The translations under genes were made by a program, and so were the position numbers. Under the pieces are notes generated by a model. It made no database searches. It was given only the letters and a program-made list of their open reading frames with translations, and was not told the DNA's origin. Positions 48,930 to 57,235 of a stretch of 64,000 nt of DNA are shown piece by piece. The stretch lies in NCBI GenBank assembly GCA_030698495.1, contig JAUYKA010000008.1, positions 14,895-78,894 of the forward strand. The letters run 5' to 3'. Every line of letters starts with the position of its first letter. Position 1 is the first letter of the stretch. The stretch comes from a bacterium (lineage in GTDB: Bacteria > Patescibacteriota > Andersenbacteria > UBA10190).

Positions 48930-50096
48930 ATGAAAGTAGCCTATTTGACAAATTCGGGGGAGAGGACGGGGGTGGGTTTTAGGGCGGCTAATATCAGACA
49001 ATTGCTAGTATCCGATGGTATTGGGCTGGATGAGTTTTATGTTGATGGGGACAGGGGGGAGTTAAGAGTAAACGGCGAGGTACGGCAGATAATAAAAAAA
49101 TGGCCGGGAGTTTGGGGAAGTAAGACGGTTAACTGGGTCAGGTTGGGCTTGAAGACAAAAAAAGAGCTTGTGAGTGGCGGGTACGATATTGTTCATGCCA
49201 CTAATCAAACTTTGAGTTTTATAATTGACGGCAGTTTGCCGGCGGTGGTGACGGTGCATGATATTATTGAAGTGCTGGAGCCGCAAAGCGGATGGGGGGG
49301 ACTGGCGGCAAAATATTTGTATAGCGGCATAAAGAGAGCAGACCATATTATCGCGGTGTCGGAGTATACCAAGAAAACCATCATGGATTATTACGGTGTG
49401 GCGGCCGGTAAAATAACCGTGGTTTATAACGGAGTAGGCGAGGATTTTTATCCGCTGGAAAGTTTTAGGCAATCTATTGCTTATCAGCAGTGGTTGAGTC
49501 AGCTTAAAATATCAGCAGAGACAAGGGTGATATTGTATGTGGGGTCAGACCATTCTCGTAAAAACGTGATTGGCGCAGTACGGGCTTTTGCCGGGGTAAA
49601 AACTGCGCTTGAGGACGATGGGCAGAGGGCGGTGTTTGTTAAGGTGGGAAAACCGGGGCTGGCTGGCGGCCGAGAGCAATTGCTAAATGAAATTGATGAG
49701 CTGGGAATTAAGGGCAGTGTAAAGTTGATAGCGGATGTGGATAACGAGCAGTTAAACGAGTTGTATAATTTGGCGGACGTTTTGATTTACCCGTCTCGGT
49801 TTGAAGGGTTCGGCCTGCCGGTTTTACAGGCTTTCGCGGCCGGAACACCGGTGGTGACTTCGAATACGACTTCATTGCCGGAAGTCACGGGTGATGATGC
49901 AAAATACGGTAAATGCGCGGCGCTGGTTTATAATCCCGACGACATTGATCGTATGGCGGAAGGGTTAAAAGAGATATTAACTGATAATGACAGGGCGGAA
50001 GAGTTGAGGCTGGCCGGTTTGGAGCGAGCGAAGAAGTTTACCTGGGAGAAGGCAGTACAGAAAGTAAGGCGTGTTTATAGTGAATTGGCAGGTTGA
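48930..50096 (+). CDS. GT4-family glycosyltransferase.
   Basis: LIYPSRFEGFGLPVLQAFAAGTPVVTSNTTSLPEVTGD. A Shine-Dalgarno AAGGAAGG lies upstream. Confidence 0.85.
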   Translation: MKVAYLTNSGERTGVGFRAANIRQLLVSDGIGLDEFYVDGDRGELRVNGEVRQIIKKWPGVWGSKTVNWVRLGLKTKKELVSGGYDIVHATNQTLSFIIDGSLPAVVTVHDIIEVLEPQSGWGGLAAKYLYSGIKRADHIIAVSEYTKKTIMDYYGVAAGKITVVYNGVGEDFYPLESFRQSIAYQQWLSQLKISAETRVILYVGSDHSRKNVIGAVRAFAGVKTALEDDGQRAVFVKVGKPGLAGGREQLLNEIDELGIKGSVKLIADVDNEQLNELYNLADVLIYPSRFEGFGLPVLQAFAAGTPVVTSNTTSLPEVTGDDAKYGKCAALVYNPDDIDRMAEGLKEILTDNDRAEELRLAGLERAKKFTWEKAVQKVRRVYSELAG

Positions 50097-50121
50097 AAAT
50101 ATATCTATAAATAGCTTAAAT

Positions 50122-50150
50122 AAACGGCTCAACCGCCGCTTGAGCCGTTT
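50122..50150. terminator. Putative terminator hairpin after the GT4 gene.
   Basis: aaacggctcaa-ccgccgc-ttgagccgttt forms a 10-11 bp stem. The T-tract is only 3 T, so this is weak. Confidence 0.35.
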
Positions 50151-50315
50151 AGGAGTTAGCTGCTAATTTCATCTGCAGGTAGAACGGGGTTTATATTGAT
50201 GACTGGATTGCTCGGCTAAACCGGATGATGACATGCGACGTGGATCCCGGATCGTGTCCGGGATGACGACGAATAGTAAGTTGGACTTGGTATTTGTTTG
50301 TGCCATGATTAGGCT

Positions 50316-51539
50316 ATGAAAATATTGTTTTTGTCGGCCTTATATCCGCCGCAGACGCGCGGAGGCGGCGAGTTGTCAACACACTATATTGCCCAGGGAC
50401 TACGTCAAATCGGGCATGAAGTTCAAGTTGTGACGACAGGCGCGCGAAACGGAGCATATGAAGTTGAGGGCGTGCCGGTCAGGGTGTTGGCGGCTAATCT
50501 AACCGCGAAACCTTTGCTGGAAAGAAGGCATAGCCGGAAAATGGCGAAGATATTGGCGCGGGAAATTAATAGCGGTAAAAAATACGATGTCGTGCACGCA
50601 CATGATTTCAGGTCAGCTTTGGCGCTGGCGGAGTTAAACTTGCCTAACGCACTGGTAACGACACGCGATTACGCGCAGATTTGCGGTTCCCCGAATAATT
50701 TATTAGCGGACGGACGGGAATGTCCCGGCTGTACCAGTATTAAAAATGTTTTGCAAAATCGCAACGTGGTGGAAGCGCCGTTTTTGCGTAAACCGTTCAG
50801 AGTTTGGCAGTACCGGTACAATATTGGATATCGCTTGAAGGCTTTTCGTAAATTTAAACAGCAGGTTTTTATATCGCACGCACAATTGGCGGAAATAAAA
50901 AAAATACAGGATTTATCGCAAACCCAAACAACGGTGATTTATAATCCGGTACCGCCGGCTTATTTGAACAACGCTATCCAGCTGCCGGTGGGGCGGACTA
51001 TCTTGTTTGTTGGTACGATAGAATCGTATAAGGGAGTGGGGTTGTTACTGGAAGCGTTTAAACAAATAAGCCGTCAATATAACGACATCAATTTAAAGAT
51101 TGTCGGAGAAGGGGCGGGGAAGGAAGGATATCAAAACTGGGTAGAGAAAAACGGGTTACAGTACCGGGTGACTTTTGTGGGTCGGGTACCGTGGGATCAT
51201 ATGGGCAGGATTTATGATGAAGCGGCGATAGTGGTGGCGCCGCATATTTGGGTAGAACCTTTTGGCAGGACGGTCGCTGAAGCTATGGCGCGAGGTAAAA
51301 TAGTTATTAGCGCCAATATTGGCGGGCCGGCGGAGATCATCCAGCCTTTTAAGACAGGGGTATTATTCGAAAGGGGCTCCGTTGAAGATTTAATTTTATC
51401 AATTGGTGAGGTACTGGAGATGAATGAGTTCGATAAGAGGGAGATTAGCCGGGCGGCGCGAGAGTGGGTGGCGAATAATTTGAATATTGAGAAGATTGCG
51501 CGGGAATATGAGGAAGTTTACAAGAATTATTTGTGTTAG
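50316..51539 (+). CDS. GT4-family glycosyltransferase.
   Basis: It has ILFLSALYPPQTRGGGE and VVAPHIWVEPFGRTVAEAMARGKIVISANIGGPAEII. Confidence 0.85.
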   Translation: MKILFLSALYPPQTRGGGELSTHYIAQGLRQIGHEVQVVTTGARNGAYEVEGVPVRVLAANLTAKPLLERRHSRKMAKILAREINSGKKYDVVHAHDFRSALALAELNLPNALVTTRDYAQICGSPNNLLADGRECPGCTSIKNVLQNRNVVEAPFLRKPFRVWQYRYNIGYRLKAFRKFKQQVFISHAQLAEIKKIQDLSQTQTTVIYNPVPPAYLNNAIQLPVGRTILFVGTIESYKGVGLLLEAFKQISRQYNDINLKIVGEGAGKEGYQNWVEKNGLQYRVTFVGRVPWDHMGRIYDEAAIVVAPHIWVEPFGRTVAEAMARGKIVISANIGGPAEIIQPFKTGVLFERGSVEDLILSIGEVLEMNEFDKREISRAAREWVANNLNIEKIAREYEEVYKNYLC

Positions 51540-52753
51540 TTAGATTGCCGCGTCTCGCGATTTATCACGCACCTCCAGCCGGCGCTAAAGCTATGGCTGG
51601 CGCAGCGCAATGACGTTGCTTTAGAAACAATATCGGGTAAAACCATTTCGGGTGCTAGTTTTAGAAGGGTGGGATGGGTGTTTGAACCAAAATTGTAATT
51701 AGTATTGACGTCATAAACCGGTGTGGTTTCAGGGGCGCGAACCGACCAGCTTTGCCGGCCGCGAGGACCGGTTTTATTTTCATCGGTAGGGCCGAATAAA
51801 CCAAGGGTGGGTGTGCCAACGATGGCGGCTAGATGCATAAGTCCGGAGTCGTTGGATATAAAAAGTTGGCAGTTTTTCATGATGGCGGCGGTAGTGAGGA
51901 GATTGGTGGTATTTAGTATTTTGTATTTAGTATTTTGCCGCTTTAAAAGCTCTCCTAGTTTTTGCTTGATATCATTTTCATCATTACCGCCAAAGATGAG
52001 AAATATTGTTTGTTGATAGCGTGTTTGATTGGTGAGTAGTTCGGCTAGTTTGGCAAAGTTTTCTAATGGCCAGCGTTTCCATTTGAATTCCTGGCTGGAG
52101 CCGGGATGGAGGCCAACGAGGGTCGTCCCGGGTGGTATGTTGAGCGATTTTAAGATTTTATTTGCTTGTGCAGTTAATTTATTGGGGATGTTTATTTTGT
52201 AGGACGACCCAATTTCCAATTTCCCAGCCGTTGTTTGCGAGCTATGGCCGGCAAGGCAATTTCCCAGCCGTTGCTTGCGAGCTATGGCCGGCAAGGCAAT
52301 TTCCAATTTTGACAGTAAGTTGAGGTTTTGTTCTATGTCATGGAGTTTCGGGTTTGGCGGGACTGAATCTGTCAGTAAGAAACCGCTTTGCGGGTTATGA
52401 CGATAGGGATATTGATGGGCGAGACGTTTGGGGATGCCGGCTAAGTACATATAGGCGGCGCCTTTCCATAATTGGCCGGGGTGGAGCATGATGGCGATGT
52501 CATAATGGCCGCGGCGCAGACGCCACAGTTGTTGATAGTGGAAAAGAAGCGACCCTCTGATTGGCGCTTCGATAACTTCGTCGATATACGGATTGGTTTG
52601 AGCTAAAGCTTTAGTACCGCGTGGGGCAACCCAAACGACTAGACGGGCGTGAGGGTAGTGTTGTTTTAATGTGCGGAAGACCGGCGATTGTATGAGAAAA
52701 TTGCCAATACCGGCAAGAGAAAGTATCAGAATATTGGGTGATTTTTTTGACAT
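51536..52753 (-). CDS. GT9-family glycosyltransferase (ADP-heptose:LPS heptosyltransferase-like).
   Basis: The N-terminus has ILILSLAGIGNFLIQSPVFRTLKQHYPHARLVVWV. The C-terminus has LFISNDSGLMHLAAIVGTPTLGLFGPTD. Confidence 0.8.
   Translation of the reverse strand: MSKKSPNILILSLAGIGNFLIQSPVFRTLKQHYPHARLVVWVAPRGTKALAQTNPYIDEVIEAPIRGSLLFHYQQLWRLRRGHYDIAIMLHPGQLWKGAAYMYLAGIPKRLAHQYPYRHNPQSGFLLTDSVPPNPKLHDIEQNLNLLSKLEIALPAIARKQRLGNCLAGHSSQTTAGKLEIGSSYKINIPNKLTAQANKILKSLNIPPGTTLVGLHPGSSQEFKWKRWPLENFAKLAELLTNQTRYQQTIFLIFGGNDENDIKQKLGELLKRQNTKYKILNTTNLLTTAAIMKNCQLFISNDSGLMHLAAIVGTPTLGLFGPTDENKTGPRGRQSWSVRAPETTPVYDVNTNYNFGSNTHPTLLKLAPEMVLPDIVSKATSLRCASHSFSAGWRCVINRETRQSN
51541..51615. repeat. Repeat element copy B, a short version of 48738..48863. 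It overlaps the 3-prime end of the GT9 gene.
   Basis: tagattgccgcg...ctccagccggcgctaaagctatggctggcgcagcgcaatgacg. It encodes the last roughly 25 aa of the predicted GT9 protein. Confidence 0.45.
52217..52296. repeat. Perfect-but-one 40-bp tandem duplication inside the GT9 coding sequence. The unit is caatttcccagccgttg(t/c)ttgcgagctatggccggcaagg.
   Basis: The two units are at 52217..52256 and 52257..52296 and differ at one base. Caatttc heptamers flank them. The unit shares gctatggccggca with the intergenic repeats. Confidence 0.8.
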
Positions 52754-52833
52754 GGATTAATGATAAGTATACTACGTAATTGTAGGTACCTTGTCATCAA
52801 CAATCGGACTACTTGGTATAAAGGGGTGTACCG

Positions 52834-53223
52834 ATGAAGAAAAATGAAATATACCGAGTGTTTGTGTCAACGGGAACGAGAAATAGAAGCGCGGTGGATT
52901 GGTGGTGCCGTCAGGTTATCAGTCACGGTTGTATGCCAGAGATAATCGCGCCCGGTGACTTAGAGGCTGCGTTTTTGGTTTCATCCGTTCACGATGCTTT
53001 TTTGATTGATTTTGTTAATCCGGTGGAAGCGCCGGTTTTGGCCAGGTGCATTTACTTGATCAAGCGAGTATATCCGCGGAGATTGGCGCTGGTGCTGGTA
53101 TCCCAAGACGATCCGCTGGATATGGTGCGTCTGTTTGACGATATGATGTGGGTGCACCGCCATAACTGGGATATGCAGTGCGATTTGGCGAGAATATCCC
53201 GACGGGACATTGAAGCGGCGTAA
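52834..53223 (+). CDS. Hypothetical small soluble protein with a possible degenerate receiver-like (flavodoxin-like) fold.
   Basis: 129 aa with an alternating beta-alpha pattern (YRVFVSTG / DAFLIDF / LALVLVS). It lacks the canonical DD. Speculative. Confidence 0.35.
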   Translation: MKKNEIYRVFVSTGTRNRSAVDWWCRQVISHGCMPEIIAPGDLEAAFLVSSVHDAFLIDFVNPVEAPVLARCIYLIKRVYPRRLALVLVSQDDPLDMVRLFDDMMWVHRHNWDMQCDLARISRRDIEAA

Positions 53224-53235
53224 GCCGACAAGCGA

Positions 53236-54390
53236 TTACTGGTTGGTTGGTACCAGTTCTTGGTACAAATCAACCAGTTTTTTTATTGATTTTTCCCAAC
53301 TAAAGTTTTGCCGAACGTATGCCTGGCCGTTTTTACCAAGACGAGTGGACAGGGCTTTATTACGCAACAGACCATCCAAGGCGCGGGTCAGTTGGTTTTT
53401 GTCATTAAAGAGCAAAGATGATTGATTATGGGGAGCAACATAAGGTATGGCTGCAACATTACGGGCAACAACGGCCAGGCCGGCAGCGGAGGCTTCGGCG
53501 ATAACAATGCCGAACGCTTCGTAAAAAGAGGGGTGGACAAAAACATCGGCGTGCCGATAGGCGGCCAGTATTTCCCGGTCGGTCAGATGACCGATGAATT
53601 TTACGTGGCGGTCTACACCTTGCGCGCCGGCCAGTTTTAGTAATGTTTTTTTGACACCAAAATCATCACCGATGATGACGTACATGACGTCGGGGTGTTT
53701 TTTGATAATTTCCGGGAGCGCCAAAATCATGTCTTGGTAACCCTTGGCCGCTGAAATACGTCCGATCGAAAGAAGTATTCGGCCCGATATACTCCTGGCG
53801 GCAAACGGATTTTCGTTTGCGGGCGTTGATTGGTTGACCGTAACGCCCGGAGGAATTAAGACAAAACGTTTAACGGGAAAATTGTTTTTTTCTATCAGCT
53901 TTTGTTCATAGGGAGAAATGACAATGACAGCATCGGCGTTAGCAAAAGTTTTTTTGCCGATAGTGCCGGCATATAGCCGCCAGAGGGGCTTATGTCTGAT
54001 TTTGTTAGTGTAGAAAAACGGATTAAAAACGAAGGGTATATGATGTTTTTTGGCATAGCGCGAGGCGGTGTCAGCCGGTTGGTACCAAAAGCTATGGGCG
54101 TGAATAATGTCGGGCTGGTGGTGCTTCAGGTAATAGGGCAGCGCTTGAAGTTTAGGATAAGAAACAAAGGGGGTGGTGCCGGTAAAAAGACGCTGAATAT
54201 AAGGAGGATCATCCAGAAGCAGTTCGGGGTTTAATGTTGTGACGGGTCCGTGTGTGCGCATGGCGCTGGTTAAAACGCGTACGTCGCGGTGAGCCGATAT
54301 GTTGCGCGTTCTTTCAACGAGCTGTTTTACGTATGTTTCAACGCCGCCGGTGGCGGGAGGGTAACGCAGGCAGGTGTGGATGATTCTCAT
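53236..54390 (-). CDS. GT4-family glycosyltransferase.
   Basis: It has MRIIHTCLRYPPATGGVE and FVHPSFYEAFGIVIAEASAAGLAVVARNVAAIPYV. Confidence 0.85.
   Translation of the reverse strand: MRIIHTCLRYPPATGGVETYVKQLVERTRNISAHRDVRVLTSAMRTHGPVTTLNPELLLDDPPYIQRLFTGTTPFVSYPKLQALPYYLKHHQPDIIHAHSFWYQPADTASRYAKKHHIPFVFNPFFYTNKIRHKPLWRLYAGTIGKKTFANADAVIVISPYEQKLIEKNNFPVKRFVLIPPGVTVNQSTPANENPFAARSISGRILLSIGRISAAKGYQDMILALPEIIKKHPDVMYVIIGDDFGVKKTLLKLAGAQGVDRHVKFIGHLTDREILAAYRHADVFVHPSFYEAFGIVIAEASAAGLAVVARNVAAIPYVAPHNQSSLLFNDKNQLTRALDGLLRNKALSTRLGKNGQAYVRQNFSWEKSIKKLVDLYQELVPTNQ
53238..53286. terminator. Putative intrinsic terminator for the 52834..53223 gene. It lies within the 3-prime coding end of the convergent GT4 gene.
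   Basis: The outer stem is actggttg/caaccagt, with an inner hairpin gtacca-gttct-tggtac. A run of seven T residues follows. Confidence 0.35.
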
Positions 54391-54503
54391 GACTGCAGAA
54401 TGATAAATATTTGTCTAAATTGGAAGCTGGTATGTTGACGAATATCAAATATCAAATTACAAATGCCAAATAAATTCCAAAATCCAAATACCAAAATGAA
54501 GAT

Positions 54504-54567
54504 AGTATTTGTCATTTGGGCTTTGACATTGATTTAGTATTTGTCATTTGGGCTTTGACATTTAGTA
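54504..54567. repeat. 32-bp tandem direct repeat x2 (agtatttgtcatttgggctttgacatt...) spanning the stop codon of the GT2 gene.
   Basis: The copies are at 54504..54530 and 54536..54562. Copy 2 encodes NVKAQMTNT and copy 1 contains the TGA stop. A CAAAT-rich tract lies upstream at 54443..54498. Confidence 0.7.
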
Positions 54568-55396
54568 GATATTTGTTTCCCATTTCAAATTCATAATAAG
54601 CTGACAAGAGGCACCAAACTATACCAGACCAGCCATCCAGTATGCCGCGGCGGTAAAATAATAGTTTGATTAGTTGGTGCAGAGCTAGATAGTAGGGCAG
54701 AAAAAACGATGGGGAAACTTTGCGTCCCGAGCGGTGGCGACCGGTTTCGGCCATCAGGGAGGCATCGAGCGTGGTGTAATGGTGCATTTTTGTTAGGTAG
54801 GATTTTACGGTTTGGTGCGAATAATGGAGGAGGGGGGTTTCCAGGATTTTCGTGTCTTGGTCGCCTAGGTGGATCACATTTTGTTGCTTAGAGATTGCCG
54901 CGTCGTCGCCAGAGGCTCCTCCTCGCAATGACGGTATTACGCGAGTCACTTGTTCGTGGACTTTGTCGTCTGTCCAGCGGGCGGTGTCTTTTTTAAATAA
55001 ACGCAAGTTGTGCCCGTAGAGATGATTTAAGGGTTTGCCCAGAAAAACAGTTACTATTTTGAGCCAGTAATAATTAATGTATTTTGTATTTTGTATTTTG
55101 TATTTTGCGGTGACGGTCTTTATTTCATTGGCGAGTTCCGGTGATACTTCTTCATCGGCGTCGATAAATAATACCCACTCTCCGGAAGCGTGTTTAAGAC
55201 CGACGTTTTTTTGCGGGCCATAACCAAGCCAGCTTTGTTTAATTACTTGGGCGCCTAGGGTGTGAGCTATATCTACGGTGTTATCGGTGCTGTCTGAATC
55301 GACGATAATTTTTTGGTTAACAAAGTTAAGACCGTTCAGGCAGCGGCTGATGTTGGACTCTTCGTTTTTGGTGATGGTGACGGAAGTTATACTCAT
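54512..55396 (-). CDS. GT2-family glycosyltransferase of the WaaE/KdtX (LPS-core-type) subfamily.
   Basis: SVTITKNEESNISRCLNGL...IIVDSDSTDNTVDIA...GEWVLFIDADEEV closely matches the WaaE/KdtX N-terminal signature. Confidence 0.8.
   Translation of the reverse strand: MSITSVTITKNEESNISRCLNGLNFVNQKIIVDSDSTDNTVDIAHTLGAQVIKQSWLGYGPQKNVGLKHASGEWVLFIDADEEVSPELANEIKTVTAKYKIQNTKYINYYWLKIVTVFLGKPLNHLYGHNLRLFKKDTARWTDDKVHEQVTRVIPSLRGGASGDDAAISKQQNVIHLGDQDTKILETPLLHYSHQTVKSYLTKMHHYTTLDASLMAETGRHRSGRKVSPSFFLPYYLALHQLIKLLFYRRGILDGWSGIVWCLLSAYYEFEMGNKYLLNVKAQMTNTKSMSKPK
55078..55105. repeat. Heptanucleotide tandem repeat (TGTATTT)x4 inside the WaaE-like GT2 coding sequence.
   Basis: There are four perfect 7-nt units, followed by tg. 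The unit length is not a multiple of 3. Confidence 0.85.
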
Positions 55397-55402
55397 TGAT
55401 TT

Positions 55403-56038
55403 TTAGCTGCTGATGGTACGAATTTTGATAGGTAATTTACGGATAAAATTCAAGTGGCGGTGAAAATCTTTTAAAGATACAAAATAAGGGTAAGAAGACG
55501 GCGTGCTGGAGACCAGGTGGAATGTTTCGATAAGCCAGAGGTTATTGATACATGCCCAGACAGCTAATAAATTGGCTTTCCAGACGCGGTAATTAGCGGT
55601 TGTAAAATTGTAAGTTTTAAGAGCCATTGGTTCGGCCGGCGGTATTTTTTCAAAGCCTTTTTCTACGGTACGAGCGAAACGATAAAAACGAGAGGCGGCG
55701 GTTGTAACGGTTTGGTTGTATGCTCCGCCCGGATAAACCAGGGTTTGAGCATGAAGAAGACTGGCCGGTTGCTGTAATTCCGATAATAGTTGAGTTTTAT
55801 TTAGCTTAGTGAGATCTGCGTGAGAAATGGAGTGGGCAGCAATTTCGTGTCCGGATTGTTTAAGTGGCAGCCAACGGTCGGGTCCGGCCGTAGCTATTTT
55901 TTCTTGGGCGGCTACTGCCTGGCTCTGAATAGGCACGGCAAAGACAGCCGGAATTTTATGTTTATTGAGCATAGGAACAACTTCGTTTAAAACCGGCTCG
56001 TAGCCATCATCAAATACGAATGTAAGATAACCGGACAT
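55403..56038 (-). CDS. Polysaccharide deacetylase (CE4 / NodB-homology domain).
   Basis: LTFVFDDGYEP is motif 1 (TFDDG) and AAHSISHADL is motif 2 (H-S-x-x-H). Confidence 0.8.
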   Translation of the reverse strand: MSGYLTFVFDDGYEPVLNEVVPMLNKHKIPAVFAVPIQSQAVAAQEKIATAGPDRWLPLKQSGHEIAAHSISHADLTKLNKTQLLSELQQPASLLHAQTLVYPGGAYNQTVTTAASRFYRFARTVEKGFEKIPPAEPMALKTYNFTTANYRVWKANLLAVWACINNLWLIETFHLVSSTPSSYPYFVSLKDFHRHLNFIRKLPIKIRTISS

Positions 56039-56039
56039 T

Positions 56040-57215
56040 CTAAGAAGAGACTCTTTTAAGTAGATTGATTAAGCGCTGACTGCTTTGGCCGTCGGTGTAG
56101 GTGATAAGTTTTTTGATAGTGGCGAGACGAGTGTTTTGTTTGAAGGCGGGATCGGTCAGATATTTTTGCATGGCCAAAATAAGTTGTTTTTCATTATTGA
56201 CAACAGTGGTGCCGCCACTTGAAATAATATCACGGTAATGTTGCCGGAAATCACGGTAAACCATTGAGCGGTACCAACGCCACCAATCGAAGCGGCGGCC
56301 GTATTTTACGTTAACGACCGGGACATCGGCTAGCATGGATTCAATAGCCACGGTGGAAGATTGGTTGATGAGTATGGCAGAGTGTTTAAATAGGGCTACG
56401 TGCCGATAAATTTCTTCGTATGTCGGCAAGTAGTGAAAATGCGGTGAGGGCGAGTCTGACCTTCGGCCGAAGGAATATTCAACCTTGGCGCCGTATTGGC
56501 GATAGAACAAATGGCGGGAGATATCACCGCCGGGATGAACCGAAGCGTAAATTGAGGTGTTGCCAGGCAATTGGCGGCGGCTGACAGCTTGCTTAATGGA
56601 TTGAATAATGTAACCGAAGGGGTACAGCTCGGTGGTGGCGCAGTGAATAAGCTTTTGATCAGGCTTTAGCGATAGAGAGGTCAAGAACTGTTGGCGATCG
56701 GGAATTAGATGGTTATGATAGAAAAAATCAAAACGGGGAACGCCGATAATGTCTATTTTTTCTCTGTATTGAGAAAAGAGACGTAATGCGTGGTCACGCA
56801 TCATACTATTCCAAACAGCCAGATGGTCGGGCAGAGCGTATTCCCGACCGTATTTTATCAGACGCTCAATTTTATAAACATTGTCCCAACTGGCAATAAA
56901 CGCGCAGGAGGGGATATTGTGGCGGTGCGCGGCGCGAATTATGGGCAGGTCAGAACTATCAAGGCCGATAGTGGGGGTGACTACAATGTCCGGTTGCAGT
57001 TGGTTTAGCAGTTTGTCGTGCCCTGTTTGGTCGGAAGGGGTTTGGTGATAGCTGAATTTATCACCCAAGCTATTGAGGCGAGAGCGTAAATAATCGGCCG
57101 CGGGGGTTAAGACTTGAACGTGTGATATGACGGGGTCATTTTTCAATAAAGGAGCGAGAGGCAATAAGAGCTCGCGTGTGTTGAAGCCGGTGGGAGCAGA
57201 AACGGCTATTTTCAT
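56040..57215 (-). CDS. GT-B-fold-like transferase of unknown family. I chose a start at MKIAVSAPTGF (57215); the alternative is 57263.
   Basis: About 391 aa. It has a Rossmann-like N-domain and a C-terminal SSTVAIESMLADVPVVNV segment consistent with GT-B. I could assign no family. Confidence 0.4.
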   Translation of the reverse strand: MKIAVSAPTGFNTRELLLPLAPLLKNDPVISHVQVLTPAADYLRSRLNSLGDKFSYHQTPSDQTGHDKLLNQLQPDIVVTPTIGLDSSDLPIIRAAHRHNIPSCAFIASWDNVYKIERLIKYGREYALPDHLAVWNSMMRDHALRLFSQYREKIDIIGVPRFDFFYHNHLIPDRQQFLTSLSLKPDQKLIHCATTELYPFGYIIQSIKQAVSRRQLPGNTSIYASVHPGGDISRHLFYRQYGAKVEYSFGRRSDSPSPHFHYLPTYEEIYRHVALFKHSAILINQSSTVAIESMLADVPVVNVKYGRRFDWWRWYRSMVYRDFRQHYRDIISSGGTTVVNNEKQLILAMQKYLTDPAFKQNTRLATIKKLITYTDGQSSQRLINLLKRVSS

Positions 57216-57235
57216 GAGATAGGCTTTATGCGGGA

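Noticed and set aside
48640-48930. The long 5-prime leader with a strong hairpin before the GT4 gene at 48930 could be a riboswitch or other cis-regulatory RNA.
   Set aside because: I recognise no known riboswitch consensus (TPP, SAM, c-di-GMP, glmS and others). The same sequence recurs at a gene 3-prime end (51541..51615), which fits a repeat element better than a dedicated leader. It is recorded as a repeat instead.
50160-50315. Possible small RNA or leader element upstream of the GT4 gene at 50316 (hairpin cccggatcgtgtccggg, repeated gatgacgacg motifs).
   Set aside because: The hairpins are short and there is no terminator-like T-tract. I can assess neither conservation nor promoter elements, and the evidence is too weak to call an ncRNA.
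52217-54567. Tandem direct repeats (40-bp x2, 32-bp x2, 7-bp x4) could be a CRISPR array.
   Set aside because: There are only 2-4 copies, with no unique spacers of regular length between repeats. They sit inside coding regions, and there are no cas genes in the window.
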